Made by a program: the position numbers and the translations under genes
Notes under the pieces: generated by a model
Databases searched by the model: none
What the model was told of the DNA's origin: nothing
Seen by the model: only the letters and a program-made list of their open reading frames with translations
Shown here: piece after piece, positions 49,945-58,461 of the stretch
Position numbering within the stretch: position 1 is the stretch's first letter
How the letters are laid out: each line of letters starts with the position of its first letter
Assembly (NCBI GenBank): GCA_039028615.1
Contig: JBCCHT010000001.1
Location: forward strand, 320,001-384,000
DNA length: 64,000 nt
Reading direction: 5' to 3'
Source: Myxococcota bacterium
GTDB taxonomy: Bacteria > Myxococcota_A > Polyangia > Nannocystales > Nannocystaceae

Positions 49945-51357
49945 CCGGCTCGACGACGGGCAGTCGTCGCATCCACAGTCACCGATCCCCCGACAACGCC
50001 CCTGCTCGCTGCCCGCCAATACCGCCTCGCGGCGCTGCTCGGCGCCCGGGTGGGTGGGTCCCGCCTCGTCCGAGCCCTGGGCCAGCAAGTCCAAGAGCGG
50101 ATCGAGCGAAGCCCCGAGCGCAGCCACGATCCTCCCCGCGCTGCGGTCGGCCCTCAGCTCGCGCTCGTGACTGGTCTGTGTGCCCGCACCAGACTCCGGC
50201 TCGTCTCGGATGTGACCCCACTCGTGACCGGCGATCCCGCGGATCAGGTCGCGCTGGCAATCCTCGTCGCCGCCACAGATCGCGTCGCTCGCCCGCTGCA
50301 TCCACGCCGGATTGACCAGGACGACGCTGCCCTCCCCTTCGACGTCGCCGACCCCGACGTTCGGCACCTGGTGGCTCTCGAGCACTCGCGGCGCCGGTTT
50401 ACCCTCGAGCACGGCGATGGCCGCGAACTCCCGGGCGAACCGTTCGCCCCAACTCTCGGGCGTGGGCGAGTGGGTCGTGCTCGGCACCTCCACGGACCAG
50501 CCCGGCACGGGCTCCTGCAGCACGGCCGGGCGGAGGCGATGGACTTCACCACGCGATGACAGACCCCATCGAGGTGACGGAGGGCCATCGCAACCCTCCA
50601 CCGTGACGGCATGCCGAGACGGCTGCTCGTGGGCGAAGACCGGCTCGGCCTCGACCATGGCCGGCACCACGATCAGCACCACATCGGGCGACGTCGTCGG
50701 CTCCACTCCGAGCGGATCGAGGTCGAGGTCCGCCTCCACCCACCCATCGATCGGCATTCGAGGTGGAGTCACGACCGGCTCCTCTTCTTCGATCTCCAGG
50801 ATCGCATGCGGCGAGATCGCGACCACCGTCTCGATCGGCGAGTCGGTCGGGACCTCGTCGACGTTCGAGCCCTGCTCCGCTCCAGCCTCTTCGCACCGCG
50901 GGGGGCTCGGAGCCACGACGAGCACCACCTGCGGCCGTACGTACTCGAGCTCCGGCCGAAGCCGAGGCGGCCGGGCCCGGCGATCGGGCGTGCGATCGGA
51001 GCATCGATCCACCGAACGACCTCGCCGATCACTGCCGCGCCGCGGCACCTCCACCACCAGCAGTCGAACCTCGGGAGGCGGCGCCCGGTCGTTGCGCGGC
51101 CGCGACGACACCCGCGGCGTAGTGGCCTCGTCGTTCGCTCGATCGGCCGCGAACGGAGGCTCACGGGGCTCCTCGTCGGCCTTCGGTTCGGTCTCGGTGG
51201 GCTCCTCGGGCTCTTCGGGCTCCACCGGTTCCCGCTCGGCCTCGTCCTTCGACGACGAAGCGGGCGCAACGACACCACGCCCTCGCCGATGCTCCCGGAT
51301 CTGTCGCCGCATTTCGACGATCAGACCGATGACCTCTGGCGACCACGCCTCCCCCAC
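49924..51357 (-). CDS. Pro/Glu-rich protein with C-terminal M48-like metallopeptidase domain
   Basis: IAGHEWGH, ERELRADRSAG and THPGAEQRREAV. Confidence 0.7.
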   Translation of the reverse strand: MGEAWSPEVIGLIVEMRRQIREHRRGRGVVAPASSSKDEAEREPVEPEEPEEPTETEPKADEEPREPPFAADRANDEATTPRVSSRPRNDRAPPPEVRLLVVEVPRRGSDRRGRSVDRCSDRTPDRRARPPRLRPELEYVRPQVVLVVAPSPPRCEEAGAEQGSNVDEVPTDSPIETVVAISPHAILEIEEEEPVVTPPRMPIDGWVEADLDLDPLGVEPTTSPDVVLIVVPAMVEAEPVFAHEQPSRHAVTVEGCDGPPSPRWGLSSRGEVHRLRPAVLQEPVPGWSVEVPSTTHSPTPESWGERFAREFAAIAVLEGKPAPRVLESHQVPNVGVGDVEGEGSVVLVNPAWMQRASDAICGGDEDCQRDLIRGIAGHEWGHIRDEPESGAGTQTSHERELRADRSAGRIVAALGASLDPLLDLLAQGSDEAGPTHPGAEQRREAVLAGSEQGRCRGIGDCGCDDCPSSSRSTAPDP

Positions 51358-51445
51358 CGCTCAGCCCCTCCGGGCGGCCTGATTCGGTCCGACCGGCGAC
51401 GGCATCACGCGGTGGCATTGCGAACCCACCCGGGTCCCCTGTCGA

Positions 51446-51640
51446 TCACGATCCACCTTGGAGATCGTCGATCGTCACGTTGGGCACAAAAACGACCGGA
51501 TTGCCCGGTACGACGATGCGAAACAACATCCCGCCGGGCACGGGCAGCACAAAGACCGCCGGGTCGATGCTCGCGACCGGGTTGCTGGACACCAGCTGGT
51601 TCCAAACGACATCAACCTTGATTTCCGGCTCGTTGATCAT
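51446..51640 (-). CDS. 64-aa hypothetical protein
   Basis: MINEPEIKVDVVWNQLV...LPVPGGMLFRI...VVFVP; ATG 11 nt downstream of the promoter motif. Confidence 0.7.
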   Translation of the reverse strand: MINEPEIKVDVVWNQLVSSNPVASIDPAVFVLPVPGGMLFRIVVPGNPVVFVPNVTIDDLQGGS

Positions 51641-51651
51641 CCCCTACCCAT

Positions 51652-51713
51652 GACGAACCGGGCCCGCCCTTGTGATGCGGGTCGGGGATTCACAACTGGC
51701 GCCCTCCGCCGTC
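51652..51713. promoter_or_regulatory. Divergent pair of TCACA-N15-CGTCAT promoter motifs heading the reb array
   Basis: Minus: TCACA(51675) agggcgggcccggtt CGTCAT. Plus: TCACA(51690) actggcgccctccgc CGTCAT. Confidence 0.78.
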
Positions 51714-51793
51714 ATACCCTCGTGCCGCCACGGGGCGGGCGAACTCTCCGGCTGCGCAAGGGCGTGCCGGGCCCTCAAGGGAGATAAGTCGCG

Positions 51794-52621
51794 ATGGCCG
51801 ATTCCTATGACCATGCTGCCCACCAACACTCGATCCAAGAACGGAAAGACGCCCTGAGTATAGGGGTAGACCTGGGCGCAGAAGAATCCGAGCAAGTACG
51901 CCGCCGGCTGAACGAAATCGCGCTGGGCGTGTCGGAAATCAACTCGGAGCTCCAAGAAGTCCGCGACCGACTGCCGCGGGATCGACTCCGCGCCCCGACC
52001 AGCCGACCCCGCACGGACCTCGGCCAAGCCCTCGCGGAGGGTCTCCGTCGAGACGCCGGAGTGCCCGAGTCCGATGCCAACTCCGCCGGCCGCAATGCGG
52101 CCGACCGCATCAAGGACTTCGCCCGCGACAACGACTCGGACATGACCGACCGGGAGCTGGCCAATGTGGTGCGAGGGATCGATCCGGACGGGATCAACAA
52201 CTCCGATGACTATGGCGACGCGGTCTACAACGCGGTGAAGGACGCGGTCCTGGAACCGGGCCGAGACCTGCCCCACCACATGCGCAACCTCGAGGAGGCC
52301 CGAGACATCCTCGCGGCCGCCGGCTCACCCAGCGGGGGCCGAAGAAGCTCCCCGTGCGACAAGCCGAACGAGCCCGATCTGCCGACCCTGGCCGCCCCTC
52401 CCCCCTCGGGTGCCAGCAGCGAGGTCCTGCGCGACGTCAGCCACCTGACCACGCTCCTGCTCGGCTCGAGCCCCGCCTTCGCCGAGGCCATGCGCTTCCA
52501 GAGCGACGCGGTCGCCTACTCGCTGGCCGCCCTCAACAAGGTGAGCGACATGCAGCGCCAAGACGCGCTCGGCCTCGCCATCACCGCCCGCGCGGCGGCG
52601 ACCAAGTTCGAGAATTCATAA
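51794..52621 (+). CDS. Protein with ~210-aa unknown N-terminal region and C-terminal Reb-like domain
   Basis: VSHLTTLLLGSSPAFAEAMRFQSDAVAYSLAALNKVSDMQRQ aligns without gaps to VTQVNTKILGDAPAQAMATLYQTAAATSGIALQNAVHAQNNQ of the neighbouring Reb proteins. Confidence 0.75.
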   Translation: MADSYDHAAHQHSIQERKDALSIGVDLGAEESEQVRRRLNEIALGVSEINSELQEVRDRLPRDRLRAPTSRPRTDLGQALAEGLRRDAGVPESDANSAGRNAADRIKDFARDNDSDMTDRELANVVRGIDPDGINNSDDYGDAVYNAVKDAVLEPGRDLPHHMRNLEEARDILAAAGSPSGGRRSSPCDKPNEPDLPTLAAPPPSGASSEVLRDVSHLTTLLLGSSPAFAEAMRFQSDAVAYSLAALNKVSDMQRQDALGLAITARAAATKFENS

Positions 52622-52674
52622 ACCCGTAACATCCACCCCTTCTCGATCCACATCCCAGCATTGAAAGCAGACCG

Positions 52675-53001
52675 ATGGCAGACTCCGTGAATCCTAAGGT
52701 CACCGACAGTGTCTCAGAGGTCAATACGCTGGTCCTCGGTGACGCCCCCGCCCAGGCGATGGCGACACTGTTCCAGACATCGGCCGCTTCGGCGGGGATT
52801 GCAATGCAAAATGCCGTCCACGCCCAGAGCAACCAACACGCCATCAACGTCGCGGCTACGGCGGAGGCGATTGCATTGTTGTTCAACAGCCCAACGGCCG
52901 CCTCGGCCCAGGCTGCCACCAAACTCGACGGAGCGCAGCTCCAGGTATTGGAACGGCTCACCTCGATCATCGAGGGCATGAACAACACGAATTCCCGCTA
53001 G
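52675..53001 (+). CDS. rebB: RebB-family R-body protein
   Basis: VNPKVTDSVSEVNTLVLGDAPAQAMATLFQ...MQNAVHAQ. Confidence 0.92.
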   Translation: MADSVNPKVTDSVSEVNTLVLGDAPAQAMATLFQTSAASAGIAMQNAVHAQSNQHAINVAATAEAIALLFNSPTAASAQAATKLDGAQLQVLERLTSIIEGMNNTNSR

Positions 53002-53126
53002 ACCCTCACAGTAATATTCGCGCCATTGCAACGAGGGTATTTGGATCTTCTTCGAGTCATCGCCTTGGGTGATATCCAAGACGGCGATCTTTGCTAGGCG
53101 CAATCAACGAGACAAGGAACGAAACA

Positions 53127-53453
53127 ATGGCAGATACCGTAGCACCGATGATCACCGACTCCATCACTCAGGTCAATACGAAGGTCCTGGGAGACGCCCC
53201 CGCGCAGGCGATGGGCACGCTATTCCAGACCGCCGGCGCCACTTCCGGCATCGCGCTGCAGAATGCCGTCCACGCCCAGAACAACCAGTATGCGCTGAAC
53301 AACGCGACCACCACCGAGGGTGTGAACCTGCTGTTCACCTCGCCCACGGCCGCGTCGGCCCAGGCCGCGACGAAGATCGACGCGGGCTTCGAGGGCGTCA
53401 TGTCGCGCCTCGACGGTCTCATCCTGAACTTTCGCAGCGTTTCTGGCCGATAG
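53127..53453 (+). CDS. rebB: RebB-family R-body protein
   Basis: ITDSITQVNTKVLGDAPAQAMGTLFQ...LQNAVHAQNNQ; AAGGA RBS. Confidence 0.95.
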   Translation: MADTVAPMITDSITQVNTKVLGDAPAQAMGTLFQTAGATSGIALQNAVHAQNNQYALNNATTTEGVNLLFTSPTAASAQAATKIDAGFEGVMSRLDGLILNFRSVSGR

Positions 53454-53467
53454 GCAGGATCCTCGCC

Positions 53468-53568
53468 GGGTTCCCTTCCTGGGGCCCCTATTGGCCGCTG
53501 CCTTGGTCATCGAGGCAGCGGCTCCCACCGGAGCCACCGGGCTCCACACTCGGGCGTGAACTCGAGCG
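53468..53568 (+). ncRNA. Structured intergenic element, copy 1 (four hairpins)
   Basis: Same hairpin order as 53967-54066, with compensatory changes. Confidence 0.5.
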
Positions 53569-53625
53569 GCACGGACCGTGTCCTCGTCACCTCCCTGAAC
53601 CACTGAACGAGAAAAGGACGAGACG

Positions 53626-53952
53626 ATGGCAGACACCGTTGCACCCATGATCACGGACTCGATTACCCAGGTCAACACGAAGATCCTGGGAGACGCCCCC
53701 GCCCAAGCGATGGGCACGCTATTCCAGACCGCGGCCGCGACCTCGGGCATCGCGTTGCAGAACGCGGTCCATGCTCAAAACAACCAGTACTCGATCAACA
53801 ACGCGGCAACCGTCGAAGGTGTGAACTTGCTGTTCACCTCGGCCACCGCGGCGTCGGCTCAGGCCGCGACCAAACTCGACGCCGGATTCGAGGGCGTGAT
53901 GGCCCGCATCACCGGCTTGGTCCAGAACTTCCAAACCGTCTCCGGTCGATAG
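53626..53952 (+). CDS. rebB: RebB-family R-body protein
   Basis: Close paralogue of 53127-53453. Confidence 0.95.
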   Translation: MADTVAPMITDSITQVNTKILGDAPAQAMGTLFQTAAATSGIALQNAVHAQNNQYSINNAATVEGVNLLFTSATAASAQAATKLDAGFEGVMARITGLVQNFQTVSGR

Positions 53953-53966
53953 CGGGGACACTCATC

Positions 53967-54066
53967 GGGCTCCGATCGCCGAGCCCTTCCAGGCCGCCGC
54001 TTCGATGGTCGGAGCGTCGGTCGCCAGGGGAGCCCTCGGGCTCCACATGGTCGTGAACAACCAGCG
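53967..54066 (+). ncRNA. Structured intergenic element, copy 2
   Basis: GGGCTC/GAGCCC hairpin, GGCCG-stem hairpin, GGAGCCC/GGGCTCC-ACA and a CGTGAA-containing hairpin. Confidence 0.5.
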
Positions 54067-54131
54067 ATAGGGGGCGCAATCTCTGCCCTCGCCGTTGACT
54101 CGCTCAACCCAACAAACGAAAAGGACAGACG

Positions 54132-54461
54132 ATGGCAGACACCGTTGCACCCATGATCACCGACTCGGTCACCCAGGTGAATACCAAGATCCTCGGTGAC
54201 GCGCCCGCTCAGGCGATGGCGACCCTCTATCAGACCGCCGCCGCCACCTCGGGCATCGCGCTCCAGAACGCGGTCCACGCTCAGAACAACCAGTACGCGC
54301 TCAACAACGCGGCGACCACCGAAGGCGTCAACCTGCTCTACACCTCGCCCACGGCCGCTTCGGCCGCCGCGGCGACGAAGATCGACGCCGGCTTCGAGGG
54401 CGTGATGGCCCGCCTCGACGGGCTCATCATCAACGCTCGAACCGTCGGCGGACGCCAGTAG
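54132..54461 (+). CDS. rebB: RebB-family R-body protein
   Basis: Close paralogue: ITDSVTQVNTKILGDAPAQAMATLYQ. Confidence 0.95.
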   Translation: MADTVAPMITDSVTQVNTKILGDAPAQAMATLYQTAAATSGIALQNAVHAQNNQYALNNAATTEGVNLLYTSPTAASAAAATKIDAGFEGVMARLDGLIINARTVGGRQ

Positions 54462-54577
54462 TCCGCTCGACCGTGGCGCGGGAGCCCGCAAGGAGCTCCC
54501 CGCCACCGCCATGGCGACCAGGGCCTCCCTGGTCGCCGACCCAAGTTTCAGGCTAGGCACGCGACGGAACCAACGAC

Positions 54578-54808
54578 ATGGCCGATAGTCCGACGACGGT
54601 GAACCCGCAAATTACCGATGCGGTCACCCAGGCCAACACCAAGGTGTTGGCAGAAGCGCCCGCGATGTCGGTCGCGCTCGTCTATCAGATGTTCGCGCAG
54701 AGCGTCGGCCTAGCCATCCAGAACTCGACCTCGAACCAACAGAACATGCAGGCCGTCGCCGGTGCGGCCACGGCGAAAGCCATCGAGAAGATCGCCTCGA
54801 TCTCGTGA
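54578..54808 (+). CDS. rebB: Short RebB-family R-body protein (76 aa)
   Basis: VNPQITDAVTQANTKVLAEAPAMSVALVYQ...IQNSTSNQQN. Confidence 0.93.
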   Translation: MADSPTTVNPQITDAVTQANTKVLAEAPAMSVALVYQMFAQSVGLAIQNSTSNQQNMQAVAGAATAKAIEKIASIS

Positions 54809-54824
54809 ACGATAGGAGCGCAGC

Positions 54825-55178
54825 GTGTCCGACGTAGTGAACCCGCAAGTCATGGATGCGGTGACGCAGGCCCAGCAGTTCGTCATCACCAACACCTCGA
54901 CCGGCTACGCGAATCAGGTCGTCCAGTCCAACGTCACGCACTCGGTCGGCCTGGCCATCGTCGATGCGACCGACTACGTCCGCAACGTGACCGCCGTGAG
55001 CACGGCCATCACCGGTGTCGCGCTCCGCAAGATGCTCGAGGACGTGAGCAACGTGCCCCAGGCGACCGCAGCGTTGACCGCCGCGATGACGGCGGTGGAG
55101 AACGCGACCAAGAATCTCGAATCAGTGGGCAAAGCCGCAGGCCAGGTGCTGTCGGCGTGGCCCGCGGGCGACGGTTGA
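54825..55178 (+). CDS. Divergent Reb-like/R-body accessory protein
   Basis: VNPQVMDAVTQ...VTHSVGLAIVDATDYVRNV; GGAG RBS. Confidence 0.8.
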   Translation: MSDVVNPQVMDAVTQAQQFVITNTSTGYANQVVQSNVTHSVGLAIVDATDYVRNVTAVSTAITGVALRKMLEDVSNVPQATAALTAAMTAVENATKNLESVGKAAGQVLSAWPAGDG

Positions 55179-55460
55179 GGAGGCCGCATTCGCCCGCATC
55201 CACCCCATGCCCGCCTGCGGGGCGGGTTCGGTGTGGCGATGGGAACGGGAAACCAGCCATACCGAACCCGCCCCCCTCCCTCGCGGGCAGGGCATCGACG
55301 TTCTCGGCGACCAAAACGGAGTTCATCCCCCGAAGCCGAACGGCCCCGCGAGCACGATCGAGGGTCGCATCGTGGCGGTGAAGGTACGCGATGATGACAC
55401 TCGTCGCGCGGGCGACCAACGAGTCCGCGCGAGCCAAGTGTTAGTGTCGAGACTCGCGTT

Positions 55461-58220
55461 TTGGATGATCTGCCAACGATTGCGGGAGTCGAGCCGCCCG
55501 AGTTCGAACCCCTGAGTGCTTCGGCGGCTGAACTCACCAGCGGGCAATCCATCGGCCGCTACGTGCTGATCAAGCAGGTCGGCTCGGGGGGCATGGGCGT
55601 CGTGTACTCGGCATACGACAGCGACCTCGATCGCAAGGTCGCCATCAAGCTCCTCCAGCAGCAGCCCGGACTCGGAGTCGAGCAGCCCTACGCTCGCATG
55701 GTCCGCGAGGCCCAAGCACTGGCACGCCTCGCTCATCCGAACGTGGTCGCGGTGTTCGAGGTGGGCGAATGGACGGGGGGACCCTACGTGGTGATGGAGT
55801 TCATCGACGGCCCCACCTTGGGTGCGTGGTGCAGCACCGGCCAGCGTTCGTGGCGAAAGACGCTCGAGATCTGCGTGCAGGCGGGTCGGGGCCTGGCCGC
55901 CGCCCATCGCCGAGACATCATCCATCGCGACTTCAAGCCTCACAACGTGCTCATCGGGGCCGAAGGTCGAGCACGGGTGGTGGATTTCGGGCTCGCGCGG
56001 GCACTGGGCGACCCGCCCGATCGCGCCCACGAAGGCACCGAGACGCCCGATCCCATCGTCTCGACCCGCCTGACCCAAACCGGCGTCATCGCCGGGACGC
56101 CGCCCTACTTGGCGCCTGAGCAGTTCTGGGGCGAGGCCCCCGATCCACGCACGGACCAGTACGCATTTTGCGTCACCGTGTGGGAAGCCCTCTACGGGCA
56201 GCGCCCCTTCCACGGTGACACGTACGACGAGCTCGAGACCAACGTCTGCGCGGGAGACATCGTGGAGCCACCCCGTCGTGACGTGCCCGCTCATCTGCAG
56301 CGAGTGCTCCGTCGAGGCTTCGCCCGCGACCGGGAGCGACGCTTCCCCTCGATGGATGCCTTGCTCGATGCCATCGAGCGCGACCCGTGGCGCGTCCGTC
56401 GTCGCTACATGGCAGGCGGCGCCGCGATTGCGAGCGTCGCAGCGTTGTCGGCCGCATTGGCGCGACAAGCCGAGACGCCGGCAGAAGCGGTCGATCCCTG
56501 CGACGACGGGCCGCAGCTGCTTGCCTCGGCCTGGGACGAGGAACGCGAGCAGTCCGTTCGAGCCGCGTTCGGCCGCATCGAAGCAGAGTTCGCTGCGACC
56601 AGCCTGCGCACGGTCACGCTGGGCCTGGACGACTACACCCAGCGTTGGCTGACCGAGTACCGCGACGCCTGCGAAGCCACTCGAGTCGACCACGAACAAT
56701 CGGAAGCCCTGCTCGAGCTCCGCATGGCTTGTCTCGAACGCAAGCGGGGCGCGCTCGAGGCGATGACCTCGTTGATGACCGACGCGGATCGCGACGTGGT
56801 GGCTCGCTCGATCCCCGCCGTACTCGCCCTCCCCTCTCCTGCAGACTGCGCTCGGACCCAGACCCTGCTGGCCCGCAACGCGGTCGAGGCCCCCGACGCT
56901 TCGAGGCTCGACCAGATCGAGCAGCACCACGAGCAACTCGAACGCGCACGCGCGCTCGGGCTCACCGGACAGGCCGACGAAGGCCTGACCATGGCGCAGG
57001 AGGTCTACGCGAGCGCGAACGCCATGGAGCACGGCCCGCTGAAGGCCGAGGCCGCGCTCATGGTCGGCATCCTGGCGGAGGAAGCGGGGCAGCCCCAGCT
57101 CGCCGCCGATCAGCTCGCCACCGCGGTCGAAGAGGCCATCGCCTCGGGCCACGACGAGGTCCTGGCATCGGCCACCGTTCGCCTGATCCGCCAGGTCGGC
57201 GTCCGCTTGTCTCGCTACGACGATGCAGAGCAGTGGGGGCGGCTCGCCACCGCGGCCGTACGACGCGTGGGAGGCGACTGTGACGACGCACTCGAGCTCG
57301 AGGCCAATCTCTGCTCCATGCGAAGCGACCGGGCGGACTGGACCTCGGCCATGCCCCACTGCAACGAGATGCTCGCCATGGCCACCGAACGCCACGGGCC
57401 GGAGCACCCCACCACCGCGCGGGCGAACCGGTTGCTGTCGCAGGTCATGCTCCGAGCGGGCGACTACGAACGCGCAGACGTGCTGGCCCGGCGTGCGCTC
57501 GAGTCGTTCCGTGCCTCCCACGGCATCGACCACCCTGACTATCCAATCATGCTCAGCGCGGTCGCGGTCGCATGTCATAACCGAGGGCGGGGAGCGGCCT
57601 GCATCCCCATGTTCGAAGAGACGGTGGATGCCATCCGCGTGTCCCGGGGGCCCGACCACCCCACCCTCGCAGACGCGATCAACAACCTGGCCATCCTGAT
57701 GCTCGAGCACGATCGACTCGACGAGGCGGAGAAGCACGCGTCGGAGTCGCTGCGGCTACGCCGGGCTCGCAGCGGCGACGACCACCCCGGCGTCGGGGCG
57801 GCTCATCGGGTCTTGGCCAGCATCGCGCTCGCCCGCGGCCACCTGGACGACGCCCTCGCGCACTCCGATCAGGCGGTGGTGATCACTCGAGCCACCCGCG
57901 GCGGAGACCACCCCGATCTGGTGGATGCGCTGAAGTCCCGGGCCGAGATTGCGCTCGCGCTGGAACGATTCGAACAGAGCATTGCGGATCTCCGGGCCGC
58001 CCACGACATGGGTATTCGCCTGAACATACCGAGCAGCGGTCGCGCGACGTTGGCCTTCGAGCTGGCCAAAGTCCTCGCCGCACACGAGCCCGGAGCGCTG
58101 GACCAGGCCCGGTCGTTGGCCCGACAGGCGCGAGGCAATGCCGAGTCCGCCGGACCGGATTCCCCCTTGCTCCCGAAGATCGTGGCCTGGCTGCAGGAGC
58201 ATCCTCCGAGCCGACCGTGA
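55461..58220 (+). CDS. Ser/Thr protein kinase with TPR repeats
   Basis: VGSGGMGVVY, VAIK, HRDFKPHN, DFGLA, GTPPYLAPE and GPDHP-type TPRs. Confidence 0.94.
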   Translation: MDDLPTIAGVEPPEFEPLSASAAELTSGQSIGRYVLIKQVGSGGMGVVYSAYDSDLDRKVAIKLLQQQPGLGVEQPYARMVREAQALARLAHPNVVAVFEVGEWTGGPYVVMEFIDGPTLGAWCSTGQRSWRKTLEICVQAGRGLAAAHRRDIIHRDFKPHNVLIGAEGRARVVDFGLARALGDPPDRAHEGTETPDPIVSTRLTQTGVIAGTPPYLAPEQFWGEAPDPRTDQYAFCVTVWEALYGQRPFHGDTYDELETNVCAGDIVEPPRRDVPAHLQRVLRRGFARDRERRFPSMDALLDAIERDPWRVRRRYMAGGAAIASVAALSAALARQAETPAEAVDPCDDGPQLLASAWDEEREQSVRAAFGRIEAEFAATSLRTVTLGLDDYTQRWLTEYRDACEATRVDHEQSEALLELRMACLERKRGALEAMTSLMTDADRDVVARSIPAVLALPSPADCARTQTLLARNAVEAPDASRLDQIEQHHEQLERARALGLTGQADEGLTMAQEVYASANAMEHGPLKAEAALMVGILAEEAGQPQLAADQLATAVEEAIASGHDEVLASATVRLIRQVGVRLSRYDDAEQWGRLATAAVRRVGGDCDDALELEANLCSMRSDRADWTSAMPHCNEMLAMATERHGPEHPTTARANRLLSQVMLRAGDYERADVLARRALESFRASHGIDHPDYPIMLSAVAVACHNRGRGAACIPMFEETVDAIRVSRGPDHPTLADAINNLAILMLEHDRLDEAEKHASESLRLRRARSGDDHPGVGAAHRVLASIALARGHLDDALAHSDQAVVITRATRGGDHPDLVDALKSRAEIALALERFEQSIADLRAAHDMGIRLNIPSSGRATLAFELAKVLAAHEPGALDQARSLARQARGNAESAGPDSPLLPKIVAWLQEHPPSRP

Positions 58221-58461
58221 TCCCGACTGCGCACCGAAGGCCACCTGCGCCAGCCGTGCGCAAGAGTCCGAGCCGAAATTCGTCGGTCATCGGGGAACGG
58301 CGACGCGCTGCCGATGCTGCATTCGAGTCGGCGAGATCATGCATTTTCGTCCAGAAACGAGCCGGCCGAATTGCACATGACACTGCGACTTCGGCATCGG
58401 CCTCCTCAGTTGGAACATATGCATGAGACGACGTTGAACGCCGCAGTGTCTGTGTCACGGT

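Noticed and set aside
53006..53030. Additional TCACA sites (53006+, 33784+, 38724-) as regulon promoters
   Set aside because: No CGTC at 15-nt spacing, so not counted.
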